Sequence record: DRR378314_1035
DNA: 62,640 bases
Direction: 5' to 3' (one strand)
Each line of letters opens with the position of its first letter. Position 1 is the first letter of the stretch. Positions 8,311-19,286 of the stretch are shown here, one piece after another. The translations under genes and the position numbers were made by a program. Below the pieces are notes generated by a model, which searched no databases, was not told the origin of the DNA, and saw nothing but the letters and a program-made list of their open reading frames with translations.

Positions 8311-9789
8311 TTACAATGACTTTTCAACCTCATCAAACAAATCAGTAATTTCATTGCTTGGTGCTGGTGTTGTTAAACTAACAGCAACAATGGCAATACT
8401 TGATAAGATAAAGCCCGGGATGATTTCGTAAACAATACTACTTAACTTTTCACCACCAACCGTGATTGGGGCATAAATCCAAATAAGCACTGTTACAGCA
8501 CCAACAACCATACCCGCTAAGGCACCAGCAAAGTTCATTCGCTTCCAATAAAGGCTAAATAAAACCAAAGGACCAAAAGCTGCACCAAAACCAGCCCATG
8601 CGTTACTCACCAGATCTAAAATTGAGCTATCACGGTCATAGGCTAAGTATATAGCGCACATTGCAACTGCAGCAACGCTGATGCGCCCAACGGTAACTAA
8701 CTCAGTATCACTCGCTTCTTTTCTTAAAAATGTTTTGTAGAAGTCTTCTGTTAACGAACTGGAACTAACGAGCAATTGCGACGAGATAGTACTCATTATG
8801 GCCGCCAAAATAGCTGCTAATAAAAAGCCTGCAATTAATGGGTGAAATAAAAGCTCTGAGAGTATTAAGAATATAGTTTCAGGGTCTTCAACAACAATGT
8901 TATTTTCATAGGTATAAGCAGCCCCGAATAAACCAGTACCTACCGCACCAATTGCTGCTGTAATCATCCAAGTCATGCCTATGCGACGTGCAGTGGGCAT
9001 ATCTTTAACACTGCGAACAGACATAAAGCGAACAATAATATGTGGTTGACCAAAATAACCTAAACCCCAAGCCATAGCAGATATAATGCCCAGCGCCGAA
9101 CCTGCACCAATCCAGTTAAGCATCTGTGGGTTTACACTATTAAGCGTTGACTCTAGCGGCTGTTCTAGCAAAGAATATGCAACTGTTGGTACGAGTATTA
9201 ACGCAACAAACATAATACAACCTTGCACGAAATCAGTAAGACTCACCGCTAAGAAACCGCCAAACAAAGTATAAAGTACTACTACACCTGTGGTGATATA
9301 TAACCCCATTTCATAGGATAGGCCAAACGAGCTTTCAAATAACTTGCCACCTGCAACAACACCTGACGATGTATAAAGTGTAAAAAACACAATAATTACC
9401 ACAGCAGACACGACGCGTAATAAGTTAGATTTATCAGTAAAGCGGTTAGAAAAGTAATCAGGAATAGTAATAGAGTCGTTTGCTTTTTCTGTATAGACTC
9501 GTAACCGTGGAGCAACTAATAAATAGTTTAACCATGCCCCTAACACCAAACCAATTGCAATCCAGGTGCTGCTAAAGCCAGTTACAAACATAGCACCAGG
9601 CAGCCCCATTAAAATCCAGCCACTCATATCGGATGCACCCGCTGATAATGCAGCTACAGAAGGTGACAAACTGCGCCCTCCTAGCATATACCCCGAAACA
9701 TCACTAGTAGACTGTTTATATGCATATAGGCCAATCCCGAGCATAACAATAAAGTATGCAGCTAAAGAAATAATCATTCCTGTTTCCAA
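8311..9789 (-). CDS. putP: Sodium/proline symporter
   Basis: YMLGGRSL...ALSAGASDMSGWILMGLPGA, WGLGYFGQPHIIVRFM, AAIMSTISSQLLV; probable TTG start at 9789 behind GGAGG (ORF track starts at 9801). Confidence 0.95.
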   Translation of the reverse strand: METGMIISLAAYFIVMLGIGLYAYKQSTSDVSGYMLGGRSLSPSVAALSAGASDMSGWILMGLPGAMFVTGFSSTWIAIGLVLGAWLNYLLVAPRLRVYTEKANDSITIPDYFSNRFTDKSNLLRVVSAVVIIVFFTLYTSSGVVAGGKLFESSFGLSYEMGLYITTGVVVLYTLFGGFLAVSLTDFVQGCIMFVALILVPTVAYSLLEQPLESTLNSVNPQMLNWIGAGSALGIISAMAWGLGYFGQPHIIVRFMSVRSVKDMPTARRIGMTWMITAAIGAVGTGLFGAAYTYENNIVVEDPETIFLILSELLFHPLIAGFLLAAILAAIMSTISSQLLVSSSSLTEDFYKTFLRKEASDTELVTVGRISVAAVAMCAIYLAYDRDSSILDLVSNAWAGFGAAFGPLVLFSLYWKRMNFAGALAGMVVGAVTVLIWIYAPITVGGEKLSSIVYEIIPGFILSSIAIVAVSLTTPAPSNEITDLFDEVEKSL

Positions 9790-10154
9790 ATTTGCCTCCA
9801 TTTGTGAAGTTTTTATCTGGTTTTTAATCCTAATAATGACTCTAGCTTAGATGTATAGAAAAGACATTATTGGTCTAAAAGCCAATTTAGATGATGACTA
9901 TACCATGGCTAGGGTAAATAACTCTACCTCCAGCTTTTGTCGAATAAGTGACTGAGGTAAAACCTATTTTCATACTACAAAGAGTTTTTGTTCAGATAGA
10001 TGGCAATAAACTATTATATGCCTTAGGCTTAAATAAATATATTTTCAAAAATTCAATGCTTTAGTACTATCATTTAAAATATTGTTAATGCTATTTTTCA
10101 TTATTTATCTTATATTGCCAATGCTATTGTTTAACTTAATCGGATTTGTTGTTT

Positions 10155-11381
10155 ATGTACTTTTACGCTGCGCGCCAACCAATTTTAGATCGCGATAAAG
10201 AACTCATAGGTTATGAGCTGCTTTTCCGTGATGGCGTTGATAATGTTTTTCCAAACATCGATGGTGATGAAGCCACCTCAAGACTCATTGAGGGCAGTCA
10301 ATTTAACTTTGGTTTAGAAGATTTAACAGACGACAAACCTGCTTACATTAACTTCACACTAGATACCTTACAAAAAGGATACCCAACATTACTAGCTAAA
10401 GATCAAATAGTTGTAGAAATACTGGAAACTATACAACCTGGTAAACGCTTGCTAGCAATAGTTAAAGATTTAAAAGAGAAAGGCTACACACTGGCTTTAG
10501 ATGACTATATTCACCAGCCAGTATGGCGCCACTTTTACCCATACATTGATATTATTAAAATTGACTTTTTAAGCTGCGAACTTGATCAAATAAAGCAAAT
10601 AATAGAAGAAATTAAACCTTTCCCACACATTAAACTGCTTGCAGAAAAAGTAGAGACTCATGAAAAATATCAACTCGCTTTAGACCTTGGATTTAGCTAT
10701 TTTCAAGGCTTCTTTTTTTCAAAGCCAGAAATGGTACAAAGCAAATCACTCCCACCTTCACAAATCGCGCTAGCTGAACTGCTTTATGAAACGTCGTCAA
10801 TGGACATAAACCTAAAGAAAATAACTGATGTATTTGAGCGGGATGTCACACTTTCTTACAAGCTATTACGTTACAGTAATTCTGCAGCATTTAAGCGACG
10901 CGCTGAAATAAGCACCATTAAGCAGGCGCTTATTGTGCTTGGTGTGCAGGAAATTAAAAAGTTTCTGTCGTTATTATTTGCAGCTCAAGTAGCTGCAAAT
11001 AAGCCTGCCGAACTCATTCGATTATCACTCACTCGCGCTCGCTTCACTGAGTTATTGGCAATTGAGCACAATAAAGTTAAAGATACTGGCATGGCTTTTC
11101 TAACAGGGATGATGTCACTTATGGATGCTATTTTAGATGAAAGTATGCAAAGCGTTATGAAAAAGCTCCCCCTGTCGAATGATATCAAAGACGCACTTGT
11201 TGAAAATAAAGGTTTGCTCGCACAATATTTGGAGTTGGTAAAGTTATACGAACAAGCCGATTGGCAAAGCGCAAATACTATTATAGATGAATTGGCTTTA
11301 GCAGCTGATAAGGTACCTGATTCTTATCATGAGGCACTTTCATGGGCAAACACGCAAATGAAAGTATTGGGTGATGAATAA
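10155..11381 (+). CDS. EAL-HDOD c-di-GMP phosphodiesterase (YuxH/CdgJ-like)
   Basis: ARQPI, GYELLFR, LALDDY, IKID, AEKVET, FQGFFFSKP, then an HDOD region (LSYKLLRYSNS...AFLTGMMSLMDAIL). Confidence 0.9.
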   Translation: MYFYAARQPILDRDKELIGYELLFRDGVDNVFPNIDGDEATSRLIEGSQFNFGLEDLTDDKPAYINFTLDTLQKGYPTLLAKDQIVVEILETIQPGKRLLAIVKDLKEKGYTLALDDYIHQPVWRHFYPYIDIIKIDFLSCELDQIKQIIEEIKPFPHIKLLAEKVETHEKYQLALDLGFSYFQGFFFSKPEMVQSKSLPPSQIALAELLYETSSMDINLKKITDVFERDVTLSYKLLRYSNSAAFKRRAEISTIKQALIVLGVQEIKKFLSLLFAAQVAANKPAELIRLSLTRARFTELLAIEHNKVKDTGMAFLTGMMSLMDAILDESMQSVMKKLPLSNDIKDALVENKGLLAQYLELVKLYEQADWQSANTIIDELALAADKVPDSYHEALSWANTQMKVLGDE

Positions 11382-11400
11382 AACCTAGCTTTAAAAGTAA

Positions 11401-11430
11401 TAAAAGTGCTGGTTTGAACCAGCACTTTTA
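11401..11430. terminator. Bidirectional terminator EAL-HDOD/mlaA
   Basis: TAAAAGTGCTGGTT-TG-AACCAGCACTTTTA. Confidence 0.88.
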
Positions 11431-11433
11431 TAA

Positions 11434-12165
11434 TTAAAGGCTTTCTAAGAAATCCTCATCAAAGTCTTCTGGTTCTTTTTCAATTGGCGGATTACCGTCA
11501 TGTAGTTCATACAATTGACGTTGAAAGTAAATATCTTTCATAAATATATAAGGGTCAAGTGACTCATTAAGTAGACTCTCTTGAGCGATAAGCGAGGCCC
11601 TTGCCTCAACCGCTTTAAGTGCAAAAACCAACACCGTTTGTGGCGTCGTTAATGTGATCTCAGGTAGAACAAAATTATCAACAACATCACCAGCTAGGTT
11701 ACGCGTTGTTGATGGCCCCATACCTGGCAACATTAAGTATGCACCATCACCTATCCCCCAAACACCGAGCGTCTGACCAAAATCTTCATCAATGATATTG
11801 AGCCCTAATGAACTCGCTACATCAAATAGGCCAAAGATACCCACGGTAGAATTAACTAAAAAGCGTGCAATACTGACCCCGGCATTACCCGGCTTTCCCT
11901 GTAGTGTCGCATTGATAACATCCGTTGGTGCAGTTATGTTGTCAGTAAAATTAACGACACTGCGCCTTACCGGAGTCGGTGTGATAGCGACATACCCAAC
12001 GGCTGTTGGGCGCAAAATATAGGCATCTAACACATCCATGTTAAAATCATAAACAGGGCGGTTAAAAGATTGAAGCGGATCTCGTTCATCAACTTTTTCG
12101 TCAGGTACTTGCGCACATCCTGCAACAACTAGTAACCCAATCAATAGTAAACTCTGTCTTAACAT
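11434..12165 (-). CDS. mlaA: MlaA/VacJ outer-membrane lipid asymmetry lipoprotein
   Basis: Lipobox VAGC; DPLQSFNR, RFLVNSTVGIFGLFDVA, EDFGQTLGVWG, DPY. Confidence 0.95.
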   Translation of the reverse strand: MLRQSLLLIGLLVVAGCAQVPDEKVDERDPLQSFNRPVYDFNMDVLDAYILRPTAVGYVAITPTPVRRSVVNFTDNITAPTDVINATLQGKPGNAGVSIARFLVNSTVGIFGLFDVASSLGLNIIDEDFGQTLGVWGIGDGAYLMLPGMGPSTTRNLAGDVVDNFVLPEITLTTPQTVLVFALKAVEARASLIAQESLLNESLDPYIFMKDIYFQRQLYELHDGNPPIEKEPEDFDEDFLESL

Positions 12166-12175
12166 CTTTTATCCT

Positions 12176-13459
12176 TTAAGGAATTAACTCATTTATTAGT
12201 AATGTATGTTGCGTTACCTTGGCTCGCTCTAATACGGGGGAACTTCCTTCAAGCTCACCACTTGAAGGCATCACTGAGGCATCTTTTGAGATACGCGCTG
12301 TGATAACAATTTTTTGAGAACTTGAAAGAGTCAAACCCTCTACCATCGAATTCAGATCACTAAGTTGCACTTTAAGTGGAAAACTATAATCGGTGAGCTT
12401 AACTACAGCCAACGGCATCGGTGACCCCTTGGCCGCTTTAGCAAATACAAATAAAGTGCCGTTTTCAGGAAGATTATCAACTAATGCAGAATCTAAGTTT
12501 ACATCAACCGTAATCCCTTCATCACTTGTGGTTGAACTAGTAATATTCTCTGAAGAGGTCGCTGGGTAAATTTGGTTATTTTGCTCAGCCATTTTTTGCT
12601 CTATATCACTAATGCGCTGAGCTATCATGGCATAACGGCTGTCTTGAGTATCCATTGTACTGAGGAGCACCTCAAACGCAGATTTAGCTTGTGCCCAATC
12701 TTGACGTTCGTACGCAATCAAGGCAAGCAGTGATATAGCATCTACATTAGTCGGTTCGTCTTTTAAAACACGTGATAACATGCTTGCAGCACGAGTCATG
12801 TTAGTGTCGCTACCTTGCATTAAAAGCAACTGGCTATAGCTGACCATCACACCTAAATTATCAGGATTAAGACGTAACACTTTATCAAACGACTGCTGTG
12901 CCATATCATATTCATTCAGTGACATTGCAACGCGTCCAAGTAGCATCCATGCAACTTGATCGTCACCATTTTGAGCAAGCTTAGTTCGTAAACCCAATGC
13001 AAAAGCTTGGAGCTCATTTTGTGTCAAAGGCTCGCCTTTTTGCATTACTGCGCGCTCACCATATTCAGGCAATTTATCCATCGCGGTATACCAGTCTTGT
13101 AACTGTTTTTGCGAGCCTGTTGCCGTATAAAAAATCACCGTCAGTACAATTAAAAATGCACTGCCTGTTAATGCCAATATCGCATTGTTCCCTCGGCTAA
13201 ATAACGACTTCTCGGGAGAGATCTCATTAAGTAAGCGACGTTTCAACTCAACCACTGACTCATCATAGCCTTGTTGCTCAATACGTTGTTCTTTTAAATC
13301 AAGTGCTAACTCTTCTAAACGTTGGTGGTAAATGCCTATCAATTCAGAGTTTGCATTATGAGTCACACTTTTTACACGTTCTTTTGTCAAAAAAGGCAAA
13401 GCTACAAATACAACAGCTACTAAAGTTAGTAGTACAAAAGAAGCCCACATTAAAATCAT
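12176..13459 (-). CDS. ccmI: Cytochrome c biogenesis TPR protein CcmI/CycH
   Basis: N-terminal TM, YHQRLEEL...ELKRRLL, TPR repeats, C-terminal MPLAVVK...ARISK domain; position in the ccm operon. Confidence 0.9.
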   Translation of the reverse strand: MILMWASFVLLTLVAVVFVALPFLTKERVKSVTHNANSELIGIYHQRLEELALDLKEQRIEQQGYDESVVELKRRLLNEISPEKSLFSRGNNAILALTGSAFLIVLTVIFYTATGSQKQLQDWYTAMDKLPEYGERAVMQKGEPLTQNELQAFALGLRTKLAQNGDDQVAWMLLGRVAMSLNEYDMAQQSFDKVLRLNPDNLGVMVSYSQLLLMQGSDTNMTRAASMLSRVLKDEPTNVDAISLLALIAYERQDWAQAKSAFEVLLSTMDTQDSRYAMIAQRISDIEQKMAEQNNQIYPATSSENITSSTTSDEGITVDVNLDSALVDNLPENGTLFVFAKAAKGSPMPLAVVKLTDYSFPLKVQLSDLNSMVEGLTLSSSQKIVITARISKDASVMPSSGELEGSSPVLERAKVTQHTLLINELIP

Positions 13460-13921
13460 TTACTTTTGCTCCTGACGTTGGTTTTGCGCAATTAGTTTTG
13501 CCAATAACTCTTCATCTTGATCGTTCCAGTTCTGTTTTATTGCTGCTTTACGCTGTCGAATAACAATGAACCCAAATCCAATGATGACGATTAAAATGGG
13601 TAATACCCATAATATTAATGTCGCTGGAGTAACAGGTGGCTCGTAGTGAACAAAATAGCCATACCGATCAATCATGTACTCAATGACTTCATCTTTGCTC
13701 TTGCCTTCTTTTACCAACACAATGACCTTGTCACGTAAGTCTTTCGCAACCACAGCATCAGAGTCTGCTATGTTTTGGTTCTGGCACTTCGGACAACGTA
13801 ACTCTTTAGTGAGTTCGCCAAATCGCTTGGCTTGTTCGTCATTTGCAAATACATACCTATCTTGCTCAGCTGTCACTGCAAAGCTAAAAAGTAATACTAA
13901 ACCAATAAATAAATACTTCAT
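13460..13921 (-). CDS. ccmH: Cytochrome c biogenesis protein CcmH (redox domain)
   Basis: LRCPKCQNQNIADSDA..A.DLR; start moved to ATG 13921, overlapping the ccmG stop. Confidence 0.95.
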   Translation of the reverse strand: MKYLFIGLVLLFSFAVTAEQDRYVFANDEQAKRFGELTKELRCPKCQNQNIADSDAVVAKDLRDKVIVLVKEGKSKDEVIEYMIDRYGYFVHYEPPVTPATLILWVLPILIVIIGFGFIVIRQRKAAIKQNWNDQDEELLAKLIAQNQRQEQK

Positions 13922-14490
13922 GGCGTTAACTCCTGCATAATAGGTGCAAACTTCGCACGCCAAACTCGTGGATTAATATCGCCAGTATGGTGTAACAAGA
14001 TTGTCCCACTACTATCGACTAAAAACGTTTCAGGTGCACCTGACACTCCTAAATCAAGTGCTAATGTTCTTTCTAAATCAAGTATATTAAACTGATAAGG
14101 GTCCCCTGCCCTGCTAAGCATCGTACTCACTTCATCACGCAATGAGTCCATGTCAAATGGACCATCAAAATCGGAATCGTAGCTTTGCACATAATAAAGA
14201 CCAACGATCTTTACTCCTTGCTCACGTAGCTGAGTTAAATAGCCCAATTCAGCTAAACATGTTGGGCACCAGGTACCCCACACATTGAGTAAATAGACTT
14301 CACCTTCAAGATCTGTTTGCTGCCAACGCTTATCGTCTTGCATTAGATCAGGTAAGTTAAAGCTAGGCATTGCCTGGCCAATTCGTCCTGTTTGTAATTC
14401 TCGAGGGTTTGCAAAGAGCCCTTGGTACAAAAAAACACAAATTAGTACAAACGCTAATAACGGTAACAATGCTAAAAATTTACGGTTCAT
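13918..14490 (-). CDS. ccmG: Thiol:disulfide interchange protein CcmG/DsbE
   Basis: LLNVWGTWCPTC and LGVSGAPETFLVD. Confidence 0.95.
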   Translation of the reverse strand: MNRKFLALLPLLAFVLICVFLYQGLFANPRELQTGRIGQAMPSFNLPDLMQDDKRWQQTDLEGEVYLLNVWGTWCPTCLAELGYLTQLREQGVKIVGLYYVQSYDSDFDGPFDMDSLRDEVSTMLSRAGDPYQFNILDLERTLALDLGVSGAPETFLVDSSGTILLHHTGDINPRVWRAKFAPIMQELTP

Positions 14491-16454
14491 AAGGCCTCCG
14501 GCTGGCTTTTTGAATCACGTTTTTTGCTGCTACGGTAGCGTTTGTCACCTAAAATCATAAAGCCTGCTAATGAAATAAGTATGCCACCTAGCCACATCCA
14601 GCGAACATAAGGCTTATGATAAATGCGTAAAGACCAACCACCGTTACTTAGCTGCTCGCCTAAAGCAAGGTATAAATCACGAGTAAAGCCAGCATCTATT
14701 GCAGCCTCTGTCATAAATTGCATACCAATGTCATATTGACGCTTTTCAGCATATAGCCTTGCCACTTTATCACCTTCTTTAAGTACAGTTACAACACCTG
14801 CATGGCCGCTGTAATTTGGTCCACGGATGTCTTTAACACCTTCAAAGCGATAGTCATATTGATTAAGCGAAACAACCTCTAACGGCTTCATTGACACATC
14901 ACGCTCTACCGAATACGCCGAGGTTAAAGTCACGCCAGCAATTACAAAAGCAATACCGATATGGCCTAGTACCATTGCCCAGTAACTTACACTTAAACGT
15001 TTTAAACCATTTTTTAGGCTGCCATGAACTCGCGTTTTATCAACAATATCAAGCACAGTTGTAAAAACAATCCACACAGCTAAGGTGGTTGCTAACAATG
15101 TTAGGGGGGCTACAACATCGTACCCTAAAAACAGCCAAGTAGAAGTGACCGCGATACTTGCAAGCGCGCACAGTAAAAGTTTATTCTGTAAAAATGCCCA
15201 TTTGTTTTGTTTCCAACGAAGTAAAGGCCCTATCCCCATTAAAATCGCAAATGGGACAAGTAAAATCGCAAACATTTTGTTAAAAAACGGTTCGCCAATT
15301 GAGATACTGCCTAAACCCATCTCTTTGTGAACCATAGGTAATAATGTACCCAGTAAAACAATGAGCGTTGCAACAACTAAGAATATATTGTTTAACCAAA
15401 GTGCGACTTCTCGAGAGACAAGTTTATAACGTCCTTCACTTTTCACTTCTGAGACTCGTAATGCATAAAGAGTCAGACCTCCGCCAACTACAATCGCTAA
15501 GAATGCAAGAATAAATAAACCACGATCAGGGTCTGTAGCAAATGCATGTACAGAAACAATAATGCCAGAACGTACAATAAAAGTGCCAAGCAAACTAAAT
15601 GAGAAGGCAGCTATTGCCAATAATACGGTCCATGATTTAAATACACCGCGTTTTTCTGTCACTGACAATGAATGCAATAAGGCTGTCGCAACTAACCATG
15701 GCATAAGAGATGCGTTTTCAACTGGATCCCAAAACCACCAGCCGCCCCAGCCGAGTTCAGCGTAAGCCCACCAACTACCAATAGTGATACCAAGGGTTAA
15801 AAACCCCCATGCAGTCATTGTCCACGGACGTGACCATTTTGCCCATGTGTTATCAAGTTTACCGGTAAGTAGAGCTGCAATAGCAAATGAAAAAGAAACA
15901 GATAAACCAACATACCCCATATACAGTAATGGTGGATGAATAATCATGCCAGGGTCTTGCAATAATGGGTTTAAATCTCGCCCCTCAACGGGGTAGTAAG
16001 GTAATAAGAGTTCAAACGGGCTCGACATCAACAGTGTGTAGAGCATAAAGCCAACACCTAAAAAACCGAGCACACCCAATACGCGAGCTCTTAATATCCA
16101 AGGTAAAGACTGCGAGCGCATTGCTACAACGGCAGTCCAACCTGCTTGCATAACAAGCCATAATAAAATAGCGCCTTCGTGCCCACCCCATGTTGAGGTA
16201 ATTTTATAATACCAAGGTAACGTACTGCTTGAATGATAGGCCACATACGCTACGGTAAAGTCATCTGTTAAACTGGCATAAATTAATGCAGCAAACGAAA
16301 TTAAAACAAAAGCAAATTGCCCAACGGCCAAAGAAGGTGCAGCGCGCATTAAACGCAAGTTACCTGTATGCGCGCCCCACAAAGGAAAAATACACAATAA
16401 AACACTTAGCACCATGGCCAGTGTTAATGAAAAATAACCAATCTCAGGAATCAT
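14487..16454 (-). CDS. ccmF: Heme lyase CcmF
   Basis: MIPEIG start; WGGHEG, LNPLLQDPGMIIHPPLLY, WAYAELGWGGWWFWDPVENAS, SVHAFA. Confidence 0.97.
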   Translation of the reverse strand: MIPEIGYFSLTLAMVLSVLLCIFPLWGAHTGNLRLMRAAPSLAVGQFAFVLISFAALIYASLTDDFTVAYVAYHSSSTLPWYYKITSTWGGHEGAILLWLVMQAGWTAVVAMRSQSLPWILRARVLGVLGFLGVGFMLYTLLMSSPFELLLPYYPVEGRDLNPLLQDPGMIIHPPLLYMGYVGLSVSFSFAIAALLTGKLDNTWAKWSRPWTMTAWGFLTLGITIGSWWAYAELGWGGWWFWDPVENASLMPWLVATALLHSLSVTEKRGVFKSWTVLLAIAAFSFSLLGTFIVRSGIIVSVHAFATDPDRGLFILAFLAIVVGGGLTLYALRVSEVKSEGRYKLVSREVALWLNNIFLVVATLIVLLGTLLPMVHKEMGLGSISIGEPFFNKMFAILLVPFAILMGIGPLLRWKQNKWAFLQNKLLLCALASIAVTSTWLFLGYDVVAPLTLLATTLAVWIVFTTVLDIVDKTRVHGSLKNGLKRLSVSYWAMVLGHIGIAFVIAGVTLTSAYSVERDVSMKPLEVVSLNQYDYRFEGVKDIRGPNYSGHAGVVTVLKEGDKVARLYAEKRQYDIGMQFMTEAAIDAGFTRDLYLALGEQLSNGGWSLRIYHKPYVRWMWLGGILISLAGFMILGDKRYRSSKKRDSKSQPEAL

Positions 16455-16455
16455 A

Positions 16456-16935
16456 TTAATTGCCACTATCTAAGTTATATTTAGGTTTTTCGTGCTTAAT
16501 TCCTTTTACAGCCTCTGCAACTTCAGCTGGCATATACTCTTCATCATGCTTAGCTAAAACCTCAAACGCCTCAATTACATCAGGCTCTATCAGCACGCCT
16601 TGTGCAACTATACCCTGCCCTTCACGAAATAAATCAGGCAAAATACCTTGGTAACGAATAGTCACAATAGGCCCTGTGTCTATTAGCTTAAAGCTTACTT
16701 CTAGACTGCTTTCGTCACGCACAACAGACCCAGGTACAACCATCCCACCAATGCGCAGTTTCTGGCCGATGAAAGGCTTCTCAAGGTTTGGCCCTTTACC
16801 TTCAATAAGCTCGCTTGGCGTGTAGAATAAATTGATATTTTCTTGCAGAGCATACAAAACTAAGCCCACTACTGCACCTAGTCCAAATATGACGGAGGTA
16901 ACAGCAAGCAGGCGTTTTTTACGTCTTGGGTTCAT
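16456..16935 (-). CDS. ccmE: Heme chaperone CcmE
   Basis: [30 protein letters not shown]. Confidence 0.97.
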   Translation of the reverse strand: MNPRRKKRLLAVTSVIFGLGAVVGLVLYALQENINLFYTPSELIEGKGPNLEKPFIGQKLRIGGMVVPGSVVRDESSLEVSFKLIDTGPIVTIRYQGILPDLFREGQGIVAQGVLIEPDVIEAFEVLAKHDEEYMPAEVAEAVKGIKHEKPKYNLDSGN

Positions 16936-17135
16936 GATTTTTGCTCCTGTTTGGCTTGCTTAATTCGCTGTTCGCGGTCAGCTTGTTGCTTAACAGATGC
17001 CAAAATACGTTTGGTATCATTTAATGAACTCAATAAAATACCGAGTAGAATAAGTGCGCATGTTCCAAAAGATAACCAAACGTAAAAGCCATACCCACCC
17101 ATGGCTATAAAATCAGAAAAAGAATCAAACTGCAT
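16932..17135 (-). CDS. ccmD: Heme exporter protein D
   Basis: [17 protein letters not shown] single-TM protein between ccmC and ccmE. Confidence 0.95.
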   Translation of the reverse strand: MQFDSFSDFIAMGGYGFYVWLSFGTCALILLGILLSSLNDTKRILASVKQQADREQRIKQAKQEQKS

Positions 17136-17137
17136 AA

Positions 17138-17875
17138 CTAACCCCTTTTAATCAACTGACGAACCCAAGGACGATGCTTTTCACGTTGTAAAATTTCATT
17201 TTTAAGGCGAATTAATGTCACTGTGCCAACAAATGCTGCGAAAGCAACGATATTGACCATTAATGGCCAAAACATACTTGGGTCAATCGCTTCGGTATTA
17301 AACTTTGTGATAGATGCGCCTTGATGCAAGGTGTTCCACCACTCAACAGAGAAATGAATGATTGGTAGATTAATCACTCCAACAATAGCAAGAATAGAGG
17401 CCGCTCGACCCGCGGCTTTCTTATCTTCAAAGGCATGATATAAAGACAACACACCTAGGTATAAAAATAGTAAAATCAATTCAGAAGTTAAACGAGCGTC
17501 CCATACCCACCAAGCACCCCACATAGGTTTACCCCATGCTGCACCAGTGATCAACGCAATTGCAGTGGCACATGCACCCACAGGTGCAATAGCAATAACA
17601 GCAAGTTCAGCATTTCTTAACTGCCAAACCAAAGCAATAATTGCCGCTATAGCCATTGATGAATAGGCGCCCATAGATAAAATAGCTGAGGGAACATGAA
17701 TAAAAATAATGCGATAGCTGTCTTTTTGCTGGTAGTCTGCTGGCGCATATGCCAACCCCCAAACCCAACCAACAACCATGCACACAACCGTAATAACGGC
17801 AAAATAGGGCAGTAACGTATTGCATAATTGATATGCACGATCTGCTTTAGCGTAGGGATGTAACCACTTCCACAT
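17138..17875 (-). CDS. ccmC: Heme exporter protein C
   Basis: MWKWLHPYA, HVPSA, Trp-rich WGKPMWGAWWVWDARLT, WWNTLHQ. Confidence 0.97.
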   Translation of the reverse strand: MWKWLHPYAKADRAYQLCNTLLPYFAVITVVCMVVGWVWGLAYAPADYQQKDSYRIIFIHVPSAILSMGAYSSMAIAAIIALVWQLRNAELAVIAIAPVGACATAIALITGAAWGKPMWGAWWVWDARLTSELILLFLYLGVLSLYHAFEDKKAAGRAASILAIVGVINLPIIHFSVEWWNTLHQGASITKFNTEAIDPSMFWPLMVNIVAFAAFVGTVTLIRLKNEILQREKHRPWVRQLIKRG

Positions 17876-17876
17876 A

Positions 17877-18563
17877 TTAACTTACACTCACTTTTAATGC
17901 TGACGATATGGCGATTGGTGCGCTCATAACAGCGACGACGAGCATCGCACCAAGGATGGCAAGCTGCCCGCTATAATCCAGTGACATTGAACTGGTATCT
18001 ATAGCGGACGTTGCAAAAATTAAAACTGGGATATACAAAGGCAAAACAAGTAAGCTCATTAAGATGCCGCCTTTTTGTAAGCCCACAGTAAGACCGGCGC
18101 CAATAGCACCAATAAAACTTAATAAGGGCGTACCCAATAAAAGAGTAAATACGGTTGCAACCAATGATTGGCTGTCTAAATTTAACAACAACGCGAACAA
18201 AGGGGTCATTAATACTAAGGGTAAGCCAGTGATAACCCAGTGCGCGCATACCTTAGCCAAAACCGTTAAAGGCAAAGGATATGACGACGCTATTAATTGC
18301 TCTAAACTGCCATCATGAAAGTCATCACGAAAAATTTTATCTAACCCAAGCATGGTTGATAATAATGCGGCAACCCAAATTATACCCGGCGCCATTCGAG
18401 CTAGTAGTCCTGGTTCTGGACCTATTGCTAATGGAAATAATGTGATCACAATTAAAAAGAATAATAACGGATTCACTATTTCTGCACGCTGACGGAATGC
18501 AAGTTGTAGATCTTTTTTACAAACAGCTGTAAATAATTGTAAGTAAGAATGTTTACGTAACAT
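17877..18563 (-). CDS. ccmB: Heme exporter permease CcmB
   Basis: NPLLFF, APGIIWVAALL, FRDDFHDGSLEQL, LLVLPLYIPVLIF. Confidence 0.96.
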   Translation of the reverse strand: MLRKHSYLQLFTAVCKKDLQLAFRQRAEIVNPLLFFLIVITLFPLAIGPEPGLLARMAPGIIWVAALLSTMLGLDKIFRDDFHDGSLEQLIASSYPLPLTVLAKVCAHWVITGLPLVLMTPLFALLLNLDSQSLVATVFTLLLGTPLLSFIGAIGAGLTVGLQKGGILMSLLVLPLYIPVLIFATSAIDTSSMSLDYSGQLAILGAMLVVAVMSAPIAISSALKVSVS

Positions 18564-19183
18564 CAGTGACGGTACTCCAAAGTAACCGTTTGTAAATCAT
18601 TAAAGTGAGTAGTTAAATCTTGGTGGGTGGTTAATAAAATAGCCCCGCCATTTTCCAAATGACTGGTAAACCTATCTTGTAAGAACGCAACTCCAGATTT
18701 ATCCAGCGCAGTAAAGGGTTCATCAAGAATCCACAATTTTGCATCGTTTAGCCAAAGTCTAAGCAGTGCGACACGACGCTGCTGGCCAGCAGACAATGTT
18801 CGCACAGGCACATCTTCTAGCCCCACTAAGCCAATATTTGCCAGTAACGGATACAAGTCTTGATCATTGTTATAGCCTTGTATCTGTAACCAAAAGCGTA
18901 CATTTTCTAAAGCCGTGAGCTGAGCGTTTACACCTGTTTTGTGGCCTATAAATAATAACTCACGGGCAAACTCATCATAGCTTTTTGTTATAGAGTTTTC
19001 TCGCCAAAAAATATCACCTTCATCTGGGGAAGCAAAACCCGCAATAATGCGCAATAATGATGTTTTACCAGCCCCATTTGGGCCAGCTAGCTGCATAATT
19101 TGTCCCGATTTCAAACTGAAATTAAGATCCTCAAACAAGCAGCGGTCTTGTTTGATGCAAGTAACGGACTTAATGTGTAGCAA
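18563..19183 (-). CDS. ccmA: Heme exporter ATPase CcmA
   Basis: Walker A GPNGAGKT, LSAGQQRRVAL, WILDEPFTALD. Confidence 0.96.
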   Translation of the reverse strand: MLHIKSVTCIKQDRCLFEDLNFSLKSGQIMQLAGPNGAGKTSLLRIIAGFASPDEGDIFWRENSITKSYDEFARELLFIGHKTGVNAQLTALENVRFWLQIQGYNNDQDLYPLLANIGLVGLEDVPVRTLSAGQQRRVALLRLWLNDAKLWILDEPFTALDKSGVAFLQDRFTSHLENGGAILLTTHQDLTTHFNDLQTVTLEYRH

Positions 19184-19286
19184 GATGACGATTCTCTATA
19201 CCCAAAATTAGGCGTTAGTCTACCATAATGATAGGGTAATACGAATAACGCAATGAAACCGATTAGTGAAAAATTGATTTAAAATA

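Noticed and set aside
19237-19265. Possible sigma28 promoter (ACCGATTA) before the FliK-like gene
   Set aside because: No TAAA/TCAAG -35 element at the correct spacing
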